Positions 31,186 through 42,903 of a DNA stretch of 64,000 nt are shown here, piece after piece. Origin of the DNA: Escherichia coli (GTDB taxonomy: Bacteria; Pseudomonadota; Gammaproteobacteria; Enterobacterales; Enterobacteriaceae); the NCBI RefSeq assembly GCF_011045215.1, contig NZ_CP049201.1. One strand, 5' to 3'. The notes under the pieces are model-generated. The model had not been told where the DNA came from, made no database searches, and saw nothing but the letters and a program-made list of their open reading frames with translations. The translations under genes were made by a program, and so were the position numbers. Each line of letters starts with the position of its first letter. Position 1 is the first letter of the stretch.

Positions 31186-33336
31186 TTAGTGGTGCGAAGA
31201 GATCTTCACGCCGCCTTCCGGGATTGGAACGTACGGTGTTTCTTTGTCAGTACGTTTGTCGCTGTTACGCACCGCAAGCCAGGTTTTGAAACCGTAGAAG
31301 ATGATGCTGTACACCACAATCAGGAACAGAATACTCAGGCCTGCGTTGGTGTAGTTGTTCACAACGATGTGGTTCATGTTGGCAATCTGCTGCGCCGTCA
31401 GGTCAGTACCGTTAGAAATCTTCTCTTTGTACTGGCTTGCCATGTAGAAGAAGCCTTCCATCTGCGGGTTGGTGCTGAACAGTTTCAGACCCAGCGCCCA
31501 GGTGGTGCAGATAAGCAGCCATACAGCCGGAACAACAGTTACCCAGATGTATTGGGTGCGCTTCATCTTAATCAGCACAACGGTGCCCAGTACCAGCGCT
31601 ACGGCTGCCAGCATCTGGTTGGAGATACCGAACAGCGGCCACAGGCTCTTAACGCCGCCCAGCGGATCGACCACGCCCTGATACAGCAGGTAGCCCCACA
31701 GACCCACACAGCCCGCAGTACCGATGATACCGGCAACCAGAGAGTCGGTTTTTTTCAGGAACGGGATGAAGTTACCCAGCAGGTCTTGCAGCATAAAGCG
31801 GCCAGAACGGGTACCCGCATCCAGCGCGGTCAGGATGAACAGGGCTTCGAACAGAATACCGAAGTGATACCAGAAGCCCATGTCAGCCATCGGCAGCACT
31901 TTGTGGAACACATGAGCGATACCTACCGCCAGCGTCGGCGCACCACCTGCACGGTTCAGGACAGAAGGCTCACCAATGTCTTTCGCGGTTTGCAGGATCT
32001 GCTCTGGCGAAATCACGAAGCCCCAGGAGCTGACGGTCGCCGCCGCGTGTGCGGTAACGTCTTTCAGCTGCGCCATGATGATCGGCGCGTTCTCGCCACC
32101 CATTTCATGCAGGTTAGGCATGGTGATGCCAAGGCCAGCAGGCGGGGTGTTCATCGCGAAGTAAAGACCCGGTTCGATGATGGACGCTGCAACCAGCGCC
32201 ATAATCGCCACGAAGGACTCCATCAGCATTGCGCCGTAGCCGATGAAACGCGCGTCGGTTTCGTTAGCCAGCAGTTTCGGCGTCGTACCGGAAGAGATCA
32301 GCGCGTGGAAGCCAGATACCGCACCACAGGCGATGGTGATGAACAGGAACGGGAACAGAGCGCCTTTCCACAGCGGGCCAGTACCGTCAATGTACTGGGT
32401 CATCGCAGGCATTTTCAGTTCCGGGTTCAGCACCACGATACCCAGCGCCAGGCCGACGATAACGCCGATTTTCAGGAAGGTTGCCAGATAGTCGCGCGGT
32501 GCGAGGATCAGCCACACCGGCAGCAGTGCGGAAACAAACGCATAGCCAATCAGCGCGAAGGTAATGGTGGTGTCTTTAAAGGTCAGTGCCGGACCCCAGT
32601 ACGGATCGTGAGCAATCACGCCACCGAAGTAGATAGAGGCAACCAGCAGCACGATACCAATGACAGAGACTTCACCTACACGCCCCGGACGAATAAAGCG
32701 CATATAGATACCCATAAACAGCGCAATCGGTACGGTTGAGCAAACGGTGAAGACACCCCACGGACTTTCGGCCAGGGCTTTAACCACAATCAGCGCCAGG
32801 ACGGCAAGGATGATGATCATGATTAAGAAACAGCCAAACAGCGCGATAGTCCCCGGTACTGGTCCCATCTCTTCTTTGATCATCTCACCGAGAGATGCGC
32901 CGTTACGGCGAGAGGAGATAAACAGCACCATAAAGTCCTGTACCGCACCGGCCAGTACTACCCCCGCCAGCAGCCACAGCGTGCCAGGTAGGTAGCCCAT
33001 CTGCGCGGCGAGAACCGGACCAACCAGCGGACCAGCACCGGCGATAGCGGCGAAGTGGTGACCAAACAACACGTAACGGTTGGTCGGAACGTAGTTCAGA
33101 CCGTCGTTGTTAATAACCGCAGGCGTCGCGCGCGTGGGGTCGAGTTTCATCACCTTCTGGGCGATATACAAACTGTAGTAGCGATACGCCACCAGATACA
33201 CCGACACCGAGGCGACCACGATCCACAGGGCGCTGACGTGCTCCCCCCGACGTAATGCAACTACCGCGAGGCAGAATGCACCGATGATTCCGAGAATCAC
33301 CCAGGGTATGTGCTTGAATAGTTTTTTCGTATCCAT
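31186..33336 (-). CDS. btsT: CstA-family pyruvate/H+ symporter
   Basis: ORF 31186..33351 trimmed to [19 protein letters not shown]... (716 aa); polytopic membrane protein; synteny (yjiY). Confidence 0.85.
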
Positions 33337-33728
33337 AGTAAAACCTGGCATTTTACTCGTCGTCTTTTGGCTTACAGGTGCGGCAGCTGCGTTCGTTCAC
33401 CCCTGTCACTTACTGTTGTAAGCTCCCGGGGATTCACTCACTTGCTGCCTTCCTGCAAATCAAAATCCATAGAGTAATTTGTTAATCATAGGCCGAAGCC
33501 GTTCTAGGTTTGCGTTGCGTTTGAGGAGGTAAATTGACCGCTATCCTGCAGTGATGTTGCCAGAGATACGCGCGCGTAAAGTAAGGTAAATAACTGAGTG
33601 GTTATTTTAGGGATGTAAGCGGTCAGGAATGGCGGTGAGCGGTTGGGCAAGAATTATTCATCGGGTGGATATGTGATTGAGATCACAATAAAAATGCCCC
33701 TTCGACGAATGCGTGAAGGGGCTGGAGC

Positions 33729-34241
33729 TTAAATCGCAGCTTCCATTTCCAGCATCACCGGATGGAAACGGCGTTTAAAGTAGATAAGTCCGTGACCTTC
33801 TGCACTGAGGATGATGTTTTTAATCTCCACCAGATAGACCAGATGTGTGCCAATTGCCTGCACATCGCGGATCTCACCTTCAAGACTGGCCAGCGAACCT
33901 TTCAGCACCGGCTGCGCCAGCGGACCTTTTTGCCAGCATGAGAGGCTAAAACGCTCTTCCATCGCCATGCCTGTCATGCCCGCGAAGTGGCGCGCCATCA
34001 GTTCCTGCTCATGATTGAGGACGTTGACGCACAACTTGCCGTTGCCCTGAAAAACCGGGTTCATCGCACTGTTGGCGTTAATGCACACCATCAGCGACGG
34101 TGGTGTATCCGTGACCGAGCAGACGGCCGTTGCCGTAATCCCGCATTGTCCGGCGTCGCCCTCGGTGGTGATAATATTTACCGCTGCCGACAGGCTGGCC
34201 ATCGCGTCACGAAAGCGCAGGCGTTGTTCATCTAATTGCAT
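33729..34241 (-). CDS. hpaC: 4-hydroxyphenylacetate 3-monooxygenase, flavin reductase component
   Basis: 170-aa ORF, flavin reductase-like; sits immediately downstream of hpaB. Confidence 0.85.
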   Translation of the reverse strand: MQLDEQRLRFRDAMASLSAAVNIITTEGDAGQCGITATAVCSVTDTPPSLMVCINANSAMNPVFQGNGKLCVNVLNHEQELMARHFAGMTGMAMEERFSLSCWQKGPLAQPVLKGSLASLEGEIRDVQAIGTHLVYLVEIKNIILSAEGHGLIYFKRRFHPVMLEMEAAI

Positions 34242-34258
34242 CTTAACCTCCTGCTGCG

Positions 34259-35821
34259 TTATTTCAGCAGCTTATCCAGCATGTTGATATCGTCGTTGTT
34301 GTGCAGGTGCGGCACAGTCCAGCCGTTCTGGTCGTATTCCGACAGGCAGCGATCAACCATCGCCATCATCTTGTCCATATTGCCGGAGCTTTGTGCCTGG
34401 CGCAGACATTGCAGGCGAATCTCATCCTGGCTACCGGAGTAGTTGATTTCATACAGCTCGTGACGACCACCAAATTCGCTGCCAATGGCGTCCCACATCA
34501 GTTTGAGGATCTTGATGCGCTGGACGTGATCCATACCGTTCGAACCGCGCACATACTTCGCCAGATACTGGTCGATCTGCGGATTGTTCAGGTCACGGGC
34601 ACTGGAAGGGAGGTAGATCAGGCCACTGGTAACGTTGCGTTCGATAATGTTTTTGATCTTCGCGTAGGCCATTGGTGCCAGTACGCGATAGGTTTGCAGT
34701 GCGGCATGATCCGGTAAATAAGCCCCGTTGACCCACGGCGTCGCTTCTGAACACATCGAGTCACTCAATGCCCAGAAGGTGTTGCACCACGCCACCACTT
34801 CACCGAGATCGGCCTGCACACCACGGAACTCCAGGGTGCCGGTACATTCGAGTGATTTTTTCAGCAGTGCCGTGATGAAGTCGAGTTTCACTGCCAGGCG
34901 CACACAGGCTTGCAGCGGATACATACGGGCAAAACCGCCTTCCATCGTCCAGCGACGGCAGCGATCGAAATCGCGGTAGATCAGCACGTTTTCCCACGGG
35001 ATCAGTACGTTATCCATCACCAGGATCGCATCGTTCTCATCGAAGCGGCTGGAGAGCGGGTAGTCGTACGGCGAGCCGGTAGCACCCGCGACCATCTCAT
35101 AAGAGGCGCGGGAGATTAATTTCACGCCATCGGCATCCATTGGCGCAACGAACATCAGTGCGAAGTCCGGGTTTTCGCCCATCACTTGTGCCGAGCCGAA
35201 GCCAATCATGTTGTAGTGAGTCAGCGCCGAGTTGGTGGCAACCACTTTCGCACCACTGACGATAATCCCGGCGTCAGTCTCTTTTTCCAGCTTGATGTAA
35301 ACGTCTTTCACTTTATCGGTCGGCAAATGACGATCGATCGGTGGGTTAACAATCGCGTGGTTAAAGTAGAGGCCAGTTTCCTGAATACGGGTGTACCAGT
35401 TACGGGCGTTCTGCTCGAACTGACCGTAAAAGCCCGGATTCGCGCCCAGTGCGCAACCGAAAGCGGCTTTGTAGTCTGGGGTGCGACCCATCCAGCCATA
35501 GCTCAGGCGTGACCACTCAGCGATGGCGTCGCGTTGCTGGCGCAGGTCGTCGGCACTTTTCGCCACGCGGAAGAATTTATGGGTATAGCCGCCGCTGCCG
35601 GTGTCGGTGTTCCAGCACAGAGAGTCCTGCATTTCCGGTTTGTGTAGCGCGTCGTACAGTTGGGCAACAGACGCTGCCGCATTACGAAATGCCGGATGAG
35701 TAGTGACGTCTTTCACTCGCTCGCCATAGATATAGATCGCGCGACCATCCTGCAGGCTTTTCAGATACTCTTCCCCGGTGAACGGACGTTGGGTACTGGC
35801 GCGGAAATCTTCTGGTTTCAT
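34259..35821 (-). CDS. hpaB: 4-hydroxyphenylacetate 3-monooxygenase, oxygenase component
   Basis: 520-aa ORF matching my memory of HpaB. Confidence 0.9.
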   Translation of the reverse strand: MKPEDFRASTQRPFTGEEYLKSLQDGRAIYIYGERVKDVTTHPAFRNAAASVAQLYDALHKPEMQDSLCWNTDTGSGGYTHKFFRVAKSADDLRQQRDAIAEWSRLSYGWMGRTPDYKAAFGCALGANPGFYGQFEQNARNWYTRIQETGLYFNHAIVNPPIDRHLPTDKVKDVYIKLEKETDAGIIVSGAKVVATNSALTHYNMIGFGSAQVMGENPDFALMFVAPMDADGVKLISRASYEMVAGATGSPYDYPLSSRFDENDAILVMDNVLIPWENVLIYRDFDRCRRWTMEGGFARMYPLQACVRLAVKLDFITALLKKSLECTGTLEFRGVQADLGEVVAWCNTFWALSDSMCSEATPWVNGAYLPDHAALQTYRVLAPMAYAKIKNIIERNVTSGLIYLPSSARDLNNPQIDQYLAKYVRGSNGMDHVQRIKILKLMWDAIGSEFGGRHELYEINYSGSQDEIRLQCLRQAQSSGNMDKMMAMVDRCLSEYDQNGWTVPHLHNNDDINMLDKLLK

Positions 35822-36071
35822 GTCGACCTCTACAGTATTAATCGGAATACGATTGTTAATTTTGTGTGTTGTTTTTGTTATTCAATTGAAGCTTGCAGGG
35901 GCGATTACGGGAAGAGACTTTTGGGACAATGGCTGGTACTTTTCAGGTCGGGTACGGTTTTGTGATCGAGGTCGCTTTTAGCTATTTTTGACGTTACTAA
36001 ATCCCCTTGCTCCAGGCGGAGAAAGAGGAATAGCAGGTGATGCCTGGTTTCCCGTTAAGGCTAAGGGATTT

Positions 36072-36962
36072 TCACGTCACAGGTACTTTTTTGGCACGGT
36101 AAGCACTGGGCGAGCAACCGACTAAACGATTAAAAAAGCGCGCAAAATAAGCCGGATCCTTAAAACCGAGTTGCCAGGCAATATTGTTCACGGCGTTATC
36201 AGAAAACAGCAGCAGCCGCTTGGCTTCTCGCAGCTGCCTGTCGAAAATCAACCGTTTTGGCGGACGGTTGGCAAAGCGGCGGCAGATGTCGGTGAGGCGT
36301 GATTCGGTGATATGCAGTTCGTTAGCGTAATCCGGTACTGTCCAGTGCTGATGAAAATGGCTTTCAATCAGCATATGAAAACGCTGGAACAGTTTTAATT
36401 CTCCGCGCATTCCGCTGGCGGCATGATCGTCAAGTTTTGCGTTACGCAGCAGTAGGGTGAACACTGCCTGTGCCAGGAGCGTCAGGGTGTGTTCCCGACC
36501 AGGCAGTTGTTCTACCGATTCCCGCTCTATCAGTTGCCAATAGTGTTCCAGCGCCGCCAGTTCGTCGGGTTTATCTGCCAGTGACAGGCAAATCCCCGGC
36601 AGGCCGAAGGTTTCCCGAGTGCCCGGATAAAGAACTTCCAGCAGGGGCCAGATCAGATCTTCCCGTACCGTCAATACATGACCGTCGGCGTCAGACTCCG
36701 TAATAAACGCATGAGGTACTGACGGCGGCGTCAGGACAAACAGGGGCGCTTCCACCGAGTAGCGATGATTGTCAAGCTGTAGCTCAATCTGTCCGCTATT
36801 GAGGAAATGCATCTGAAAGTACTGTTCGTGGCGATGTGGCAGCATATGGCGGCCAAAAAATGCCGCCATGCGGGCGAAGGACTGATAATGCACATCGTCC
36901 GTGCCCAGGCTTTCATCGTACTCTTTGCTGATATCAATATTGGCAATCTGACGGTCACACAT
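36072..36962 (-). CDS. hpaA: AraC/XylS-family activator of hpaBC
   Basis: 296-aa ORF with C-terminal AraC-type HTH. Confidence 0.85.
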   Translation of the reverse strand: MCDRQIANIDISKEYDESLGTDDVHYQSFARMAAFFGRHMLPHRHEQYFQMHFLNSGQIELQLDNHRYSVEAPLFVLTPPSVPHAFITESDADGHVLTVREDLIWPLLEVLYPGTRETFGLPGICLSLADKPDELAALEHYWQLIERESVEQLPGREHTLTLLAQAVFTLLLRNAKLDDHAASGMRGELKLFQRFHMLIESHFHQHWTVPDYANELHITESRLTDICRRFANRPPKRLIFDRQLREAKRLLLFSDNAVNNIAWQLGFKDPAYFARFFNRLVGCSPSAYRAKKVPVT

Positions 36963-36971
36963 CGTCGTTCC

Positions 36972-38348
36972 TTACGGGGTCGCTCGCGGACGGGAGGACT
37001 GCATTGGAATTGCCCAGATAATCCCCGCACCAATCACCAGCAGCGCGGCAACAAACCACAATCCACTGTTAAAGCTGCCGGTCAGATCTTTCAACCAGCC
37101 GATCATAAACGGACTTAATGCTGAACCAATGTTGCCAGTGGCGTTGATCACCGCAATACCGATCGCTCGTGCCCGCAGGCTGATGGACTGATCCGGTGTT
37201 GTCCAGAAAATCGCCATTGCGCTGAATGATCCGGTCGAAGCCATAATGATCCCCAGCATCTGGATCATGTTGTGATCAGTTGCCGAAGCCAGTAACCAAC
37301 CAGCGGCAGCGAACAAATAAGGAAGGGCGGTGTGATGCCTTCGTTCCTGGCGGCGATCTGAGTGACGGCTCCAGTAAATCATCCCGAGAATGGTACAAAT
37401 CTGCGGTACGGCGGCCAGCAGGCCGATGGTGATATTACTGCTGCCTTGATTAAAGCTTTGTAGGATCTGCGGTGTCCAGATGCTGATCGCACTAAGTGTG
37501 TTGGTCAGGCAGAAATACGCCAGGGTATACATCATCACCACCGGAGTGAAGATCTCCCGCCACATGCTGCGTTGTTGCATGGCATGGTGGCTGATGGCTC
37601 CCTCTGGCTGAACCAGCGTCAGACGATCGTTATCCATCATCTCTTGCAGGCATTTTTTGTCTTCTTTCGTCAGCCACTTAGCTTTGTCCGGTGAGTCATC
37701 AAGCCAGAACCACACCATGACGCCGAGTAATACCGACGGGAAGCCTTCCAGCAAAAACAGCCACTGCCAGCCTTTTAATGCCATTACGCCATCCAGCGAC
37801 AAAATGTAGCCGGAAACGATCGATCCCAACGCTGTCGTTACCGGCATTGCAACCATAAACAAGGCGTTGGCACGGGCGCGGAAGTAGGCCGGAAACCAGA
37901 AGGTTAAATACAGCAGAATGCCAGGCAGAAAGCCGGCTTCGGTAATGCCAACCAGTATACGCAGTACGTACAAGCTGGTGGGGCCAGTGGCAAACATGGT
38001 GGCAGTAGAGGCGATGCCCCAAAGCACCATGATGGTGGCGATCCAGCGCCGCGCACCGACAATACTCAGCATAATGTTGCTGGGAATGCCGAAGATGACA
38101 TAAGCGGCATAGAACAGGGTGGTAGCGAGGCCAAACATGGTGGCGCTCAGACCGAGGTCGCGTCCCATCGTGAGTCCGGCAAAGCCGATGTTGATGCGAT
38201 CAAGGAACGAGAAGATAAACAGCACGAACAGAAAGACGATCAGGCGGCGAAATAGCTTCTTAATAACCGCCTGTTGTCCGGCAGTCAGCGCTTTATGCTG
38301 ATTCGCCGGATCGATACTCTCCGGTATGGCAGGTGAGGTGTCGCTCAT
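36972..38348 (-). CDS. hpaX: 4-hydroxyphenylacetate MFS permease
   Basis: 458-aa ORF, 12-TM MFS. Confidence 0.85.
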   Translation of the reverse strand: MSDTSPAIPESIDPANQHKALTAGQQAVIKKLFRRLIVFLFVLFIFSFLDRINIGFAGLTMGRDLGLSATMFGLATTLFYAAYVIFGIPSNIMLSIVGARRWIATIMVLWGIASTATMFATGPTSLYVLRILVGITEAGFLPGILLYLTFWFPAYFRARANALFMVAMPVTTALGSIVSGYILSLDGVMALKGWQWLFLLEGFPSVLLGVMVWFWLDDSPDKAKWLTKEDKKCLQEMMDNDRLTLVQPEGAISHHAMQQRSMWREIFTPVVMMYTLAYFCLTNTLSAISIWTPQILQSFNQGSSNITIGLLAAVPQICTILGMIYWSRHSDRRQERRHHTALPYLFAAAGWLLASATDHNMIQMLGIIMASTGSFSAMAIFWTTPDQSISLRARAIGIAVINATGNIGSALSPFMIGWLKDLTGSFNSGLWFVAALLVIGAGIIWAIPMQSSRPRATP

Positions 38349-38395
38349 TTTTCTTCCTCTAATGGGATTTTTGTAGGGTACGACAAGGTTTATGG

Positions 38396-38523
<128 letters not shown>

Positions 38524-39312
38524 TTAATACACGCCGGGCTTAATCGCTGTAGCCTGCGCGCTAAACCGTGCTGCCAGCGCTTCGGCGGCGCGGGCGAGCA
38601 GGGTGGTGTCAACGCCGACGGCGACAAACAGCGCGCCCAGTTCCAGATAGCGTTTTGCCAGTTGCTCATTGGCGATCAGGATCCCTGGCGCTTTACCCGC
38701 TTCGCGGATCTGCACGATCGCCTGCTCAATGGCGGCCTGTACTTCCGGGTGCTGCGGATTACCGGCATAACCCATATCGGCGCTCAGATCCGCCGGGCCG
38801 ATAAACACGCCGTCGACGCCTTCCACGTCCAGAATCTGCGGTAAGTTCTTCATTGCCTCACGCGTTTCGATCTGCACCAGCACGCACATTTGATCGTTGG
38901 CTTTTTGCAGGTAATCAGGAATACGATTCCAGCGCGAGGCTCGGGCCAGCGCACTGCCCACACCGCGAATACCGGCGGGGGGATAACGGGTGGCGCGTAC
39001 CGCTTCACGGGCTTCGTCAGCGTTTTGTACCATCGGCACCAGCAAGGTTTGTGTGCCGACGTCCAGCAGTTGTTTGATTTGCACCGGATCGTTCCACGAC
39101 GGACGTACTACCGGCTGGCTGGGGTAGGGCGCAATCGCCTGTAGCTGGGTGAGCACGGTTTGCACGTTATTCGGCGCGTGTTCACCGTCGATCAACAACC
39201 AGTCGAATCCTGCTCCGGCCAGTAACTCTGCGCTGTAACTGCTACTCAGCCCCAGCCATAATCCGATCTGCGGGCGGCCTGCTTTCAGCGCCGCTTTAAA
39301 ACTGTTTTCCAT
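38524..39312 (-). CDS. hpaI: 2,4-dihydroxyhept-2-ene-1,7-dioate aldolase
   Basis: ORF 38524..39453 trimmed to [22 protein letters not shown]... (262 aa); the longer ORF would begin inside REP/hpaH sequence. Confidence 0.85.
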   Translation of the reverse strand: MENSFKAALKAGRPQIGLWLGLSSSYSAELLAGAGFDWLLIDGEHAPNNVQTVLTQLQAIAPYPSQPVVRPSWNDPVQIKQLLDVGTQTLLVPMVQNADEAREAVRATRYPPAGIRGVGSALARASRWNRIPDYLQKANDQMCVLVQIETREAMKNLPQILDVEGVDGVFIGPADLSADMGYAGNPQHPEVQAAIEQAIVQIREAGKAPGILIANEQLAKRYLELGALFVAVGVDTTLLARAAEALAARFSAQATAIKPGVY

Positions 39313-39322
39313 CGTTCTCTCC

Positions 39323-40126
39323 TTAAACAAAGCGGCAGCTAATGGAACCCATGTTGCCGTAATCGACGTGGAAGGTGTCGCCCTTACGCGCCGGAACCGG
39401 GCGGGTGAACGAACCGCCGAGAATGATTTGCCCGGCTTCCAGTTGTACGTCATACGGTGCGAGTTTGTTCGCCAGCCAGGCCACGCCGTTTGCCGGGTGA
39501 TTCAGCACGCCAGCGGCGACGCCGGTTTCTTCAATCACGCCATTGCGATACATCAGGGCGGAGATCCAACGTAGATCCAACTCATCGGGCTTAATGGGAC
39601 GACCACCGAGGATCACCCCGGCATTGGCGGCGTTATCAGAAATGGTGTCGAACACTTTACGCGGGCGCTGGGTTTCCGGATCGATGTTGTGGCAGCGAGC
39701 GTCGATCAGCTCCAGCGCCGGGATCACATAGTCCGTGGCGTTGTAAACGTCGAACAGCGTGCAGTTTGGTCCACGCAGCGGTTTTGCCAGCACGAAAGCC
39801 AGCTCCACTTCAATGCGCGGCACGATAAAGCGATCGGTTGGGATATCGCTGCCATCGTGGAAGAACATGTCATCCAGCAGGGCACCGTAATCCGGCTCGC
39901 TGATTTGTGAGCTGGCCTGCATCGCTTTCGAGGTCAGGCCGATTTTGTGGCCTTTCAGCGTACGGCCTTCGGCAATTTTCAGGCGAACCCATTCGCGCTG
40001 TACGGCGTAGGCGTCTTCGATGGTGATCTCCGGGTAATCCAGCGAGATCGCGCGGATCTGTTCGCGCTGTTTTTCTGCCTGATCCAGACGCTGGGCGATC
40101 AGGGTGTGGGTGTGTTTATCGAACAT
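39323..40126 (-). CDS. hpaH: 2-oxo-hept-4-ene-1,7-dioate hydratase
   Basis: ORF 39323..40144 trimmed to [19 protein letters not shown]... (267 aa). Confidence 0.85.
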   Translation of the reverse strand: MFDKHTHTLIAQRLDQAEKQREQIRAISLDYPEITIEDAYAVQREWVRLKIAEGRTLKGHKIGLTSKAMQASSQISEPDYGALLDDMFFHDGSDIPTDRFIVPRIEVELAFVLAKPLRGPNCTLFDVYNATDYVIPALELIDARCHNIDPETQRPRKVFDTISDNAANAGVILGGRPIKPDELDLRWISALMYRNGVIEETGVAAGVLNHPANGVAWLANKLAPYDVQLEAGQIILGGSFTRPVPARKGDTFHVDYGNMGSISCRFV

Positions 40127-40144
40127 AGCGATATCCTGTGGCAT

Positions 40145-40180
40145 TGCCGGATGCGGCTGCTCCTTATCATCCGGCCTGGA
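40145..40180. repeat. REP-like palindrome
   Basis: gccggatgcggctgctccttatcatccggcc. Confidence 0.6.
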
Positions 40181-40193
40181 AGCTGGTGCAAAT

Positions 40194-40574
40194 TTATTTA
40201 AACAACGCGTGTACGTTGTTCTGTTTGAAATTCAACGTCGGGTGCAGCTCTGCAATCTCAAATGAAAGCGCCAGGTAACGGCTCTCCATCAGTGAGGCGA
40301 AGTGCGTTTTAATCAGATCAAACAGCATTTCGCCCACTTCCTGACGGCTTTCCAGACTGCGTCCGCTGCCGATTTTTAGCGTCATATGCACAAAGGCGTA
40401 ATCGTGCTTGCCATCAGCCATTTGCCAGGTATCGATCCAGTGCGCCCGGCTACGTATTCCCCCAAGCGGAAAAATCCCCGTTGCCGCCAGTGCAGTGTTA
40501 ACACTGGCAAACAGCTCAGGTAAGCGGGCTTCTTCACGAATATTTTCAGTACATTCCACGATAAAGTGCGGCAT
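40194..40574 (-). CDS. hpaF: 5-carboxymethyl-2-hydroxymuconate isomerase
   Basis: 126-aa ORF, tautomerase-like, N-terminal MPHF. Confidence 0.85.
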   Translation of the reverse strand: MPHFIVECTENIREEARLPELFASVNTALAATGIFPLGGIRSRAHWIDTWQMADGKHDYAFVHMTLKIGSGRSLESRQEVGEMLFDLIKTHFASLMESRYLALSFEIAELHPTLNFKQNNVHALFK

Positions 40575-40583
40575 AAAACGTCC

Positions 40584-41435
40584 TTACGCGGGCAGCGGGA
40601 AAACAGCGTTAACCTGACCGGTGCCAGAGCTTGGGAACAGCTCGGTAATAAACTCCACCTTGCCGTCGTATTTATCCCAGCCGAGCATCCCCAGCAGCAT
40701 CACCGTGTCGTGCATATTGCCTTCGCCGTAGCAGTAGTCGGCGTACTCCGGCAGCATATTGCAAAACTCTTTGAACTGGCCTTCGCGCCACAGCTTCACC
40801 ACACGCTCGTCCATCTGGCGGTCGAACTCGCGGGTGTAGCTGTTCATCCCTTCTTCCGCACGCTGATCGTCAATAAAGCGGTGCGATAACGAACCGCTGG
40901 CAAGGACCGCCACGGTGCCGTCGTACTGTTCGATCGCTTTCAGAATCGCTTCGCCCAGCTTGCGGCTGTCGGCAAAATCGTGAACCGTGCAGAAAGCCGA
41001 AATGGAGACCACTTTGAAGTGCTTGTCTTCATTCATGTAGCGCATCGGTACCAGCGTGCCGTATTCCAGTTTCAGGCTGGGAATATTGTGCGCTTTTGCC
41101 CGCACGCCGAGCTTTAAGGCTTCATCGGCAATAAGCTGCCCCAACTCCGGGTTGCCCTCGTAGTTGTAGGTCATGTCACGAATAAAATGCGGCAGCTCGT
41201 TGCTGGTGTAGACGCCTTCAAAATGGTCTGCACAGTTGATGTGATAAGCACTGTTGACCAGCCAGTGGGTATCGAAAACGATAATGGTATCGACGCCCAT
41301 TTCCCGGCAACGCTTGCTGATCTCTTTATGCCCGTCGATCGCGCCCTGGCGACAACCGTGGTTTTTCCCAGGCAGCTCAGAGAGATACATCGACGGTACG
41401 TGCGTGATCTTGGCGGCTAACGCTAACTTACCCAT
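40584..41435 (-). CDS. hpaD: 3,4-dihydroxyphenylacetate (homoprotocatechuate) 2,3-dioxygenase
   Basis: 283-aa ORF, extradiol dioxygenase. Confidence 0.85.
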   Translation of the reverse strand: MGKLALAAKITHVPSMYLSELPGKNHGCRQGAIDGHKEISKRCREMGVDTIIVFDTHWLVNSAYHINCADHFEGVYTSNELPHFIRDMTYNYEGNPELGQLIADEALKLGVRAKAHNIPSLKLEYGTLVPMRYMNEDKHFKVVSISAFCTVHDFADSRKLGEAILKAIEQYDGTVAVLASGSLSHRFIDDQRAEEGMNSYTREFDRQMDERVVKLWREGQFKEFCNMLPEYADYCYGEGNMHDTVMLLGMLGWDKYDGKVEFITELFPSSGTGQVNAVFPLPA

Positions 41436-41436
41436 A

Positions 41437-42903
41437 TCAGACTCCCCATTTCGGAATTGGATGGTCGCCCATGGAAATGCAGACGTTCTTCATTTCCGCG
41501 AACACTTCGAAGCTGTACTCACCGCCTTCACGCCCGGTGCCGGAGGCTTTTACGCCGCCAAACGGCTGGCGCAGGTCACGCACGTTCTGGGTGTTGACGA
41601 ACACCATGCCTGCTTCGATGCCACGCGCCAGGCGTAGCACTTTGCTGACATCCTGCGTCCAGATGTACGATGCGAGGCCGTACTCCACGTCGTTTGCCAG
41701 GCGTAAGCCTTCGGCTTCATCTTTAAACGGCAGCAGGCAGGCGACCGGCCCGAAAATCTCTTCCTGGGCGACACGCATACGGTTATCAACGTCTGCCAGC
41801 ACCGTTGGGCGCAGGAAGTTGCCGCCTTTCAGGTGCGCAGGCAGGTCAGACGGTTTATCCGGGCCGCCCGCCAGCAGGGTGGCGCCTTCTTCAATGCCGA
41901 GACGGATATAGCCGGAGACTTTTTCCCAGTGCTGCTGGCTGATAAGCGCCCCAACCTGGGTATTCGGATCGGTCGGATCGCCCACGCGCAGACGGTTGGC
42001 GCGTTCGGCAAAGCGTTTAACGAATTCCGGGTAGATGCTTTGCTGAATAAAGATGCGCGAACCGGCGGTGCAGCGCTCGCCGTTGATCGAGAAGATGGTG
42101 AACAGGGCGGCGTCCAGCGCGCGTTCAATATCGGCATCTTCAAAAATCAGCACTGGCGATTTTCCGCCCAGTTCCATGGAGTATTTTTTCAGCCCGGCGT
42201 TTTTCATGATGTTGCGCCCGGTGGCGGTACCGCCGGTGAACGACACGGCACGCACGTCATGATGACGGACCAGCGCATCCCCTGCGGTTGCGCCGTAGCC
42301 CTGTACCACGTTCAGCACGCCCGCCGGAATACCGGCTTCCAGCGCCAGCTCACCCAGGCGGTCAGCGGTCAGCGGGGAGAGTTCTGACATCTTCAGCACC
42401 GCGGTATTGCCCAGCGCAAGACACGGCGCGACCTTCCATGTGGCGGTCATAAACGGCACGTTCCACGGCGATACCAGCGCACAAACGCCTACCGGTTGCA
42501 CCAGCGTGTAGTTGAGCATCTTGTCGTCAACCGGATAGGTCTTGCCGTTCATCTGCTGGCAGACTTCCGCGAAAAATTCAAAGTTGTGAGAAGCGCGTGG
42601 GATCAACACATTTTTGGTCTGATGGATCGGCAGGCCCGTGTCCGCGGTTTCCATCGCGGCGATCTCAGGCACGTTCTGGTCGATCAGATCGCCCAGACGG
42701 CGCATCAGGCGCGCACGCTCTTTCATCGGCAGATTGGCCCATTTCGGGAACGCCTCTTTCGCTGCCGCTACCGCCTGATTGATCTCCGCTTCACCGCCAG
42801 AGGCCACATCCGCCAGCACTTCACCCGTTGCCGGATTGGTGGTCTGGAAGTAGTCGTTACCTGCAACATTTTTGCCGTTGATCCAATGATTTACTTTTTT
42901 CAT
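41437..42903 (-). CDS. hpaE: 5-carboxymethyl-2-hydroxymuconate semialdehyde dehydrogenase
   Basis: 488-aa ORF, aldehyde dehydrogenase family. Confidence 0.9.
   Translation of the reverse strand: MKKVNHWINGKNVAGNDYFQTTNPATGEVLADVASGGEAEINQAVAAAKEAFPKWANLPMKERARLMRRLGDLIDQNVPEIAAMETADTGLPIHQTKNVLIPRASHNFEFFAEVCQQMNGKTYPVDDKMLNYTLVQPVGVCALVSPWNVPFMTATWKVAPCLALGNTAVLKMSELSPLTADRLGELALEAGIPAGVLNVVQGYGATAGDALVRHHDVRAVSFTGGTATGRNIMKNAGLKKYSMELGGKSPVLIFEDADIERALDAALFTIFSINGERCTAGSRIFIQQSIYPEFVKRFAERANRLRVGDPTDPNTQVGALISQQHWEKVSGYIRLGIEEGATLLAGGPDKPSDLPAHLKGGNFLRPTVLADVDNRMRVAQEEIFGPVACLLPFKDEAEGLRLANDVEYGLASYIWTQDVSKVLRLARGIEAGMVFVNTQNVRDLRQPFGGVKASGTGREGGEYSFEVFAEMKNVCISMGDHPIPKWGV

Noticed and set aside
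31189-32739. 516-aa plus-strand ORF
   Set aside because: Antisense to btsT in a GC-rich coding region; Arg/Gln/His-rich low-complexity translation with no recognisable domain. Typical shadow ORF.
41471-42387. 146-aa and 184-aa plus-strand ORFs
   Set aside because: Antisense to hpaE (aldehyde dehydrogenase); GC-rich shadow ORFs.
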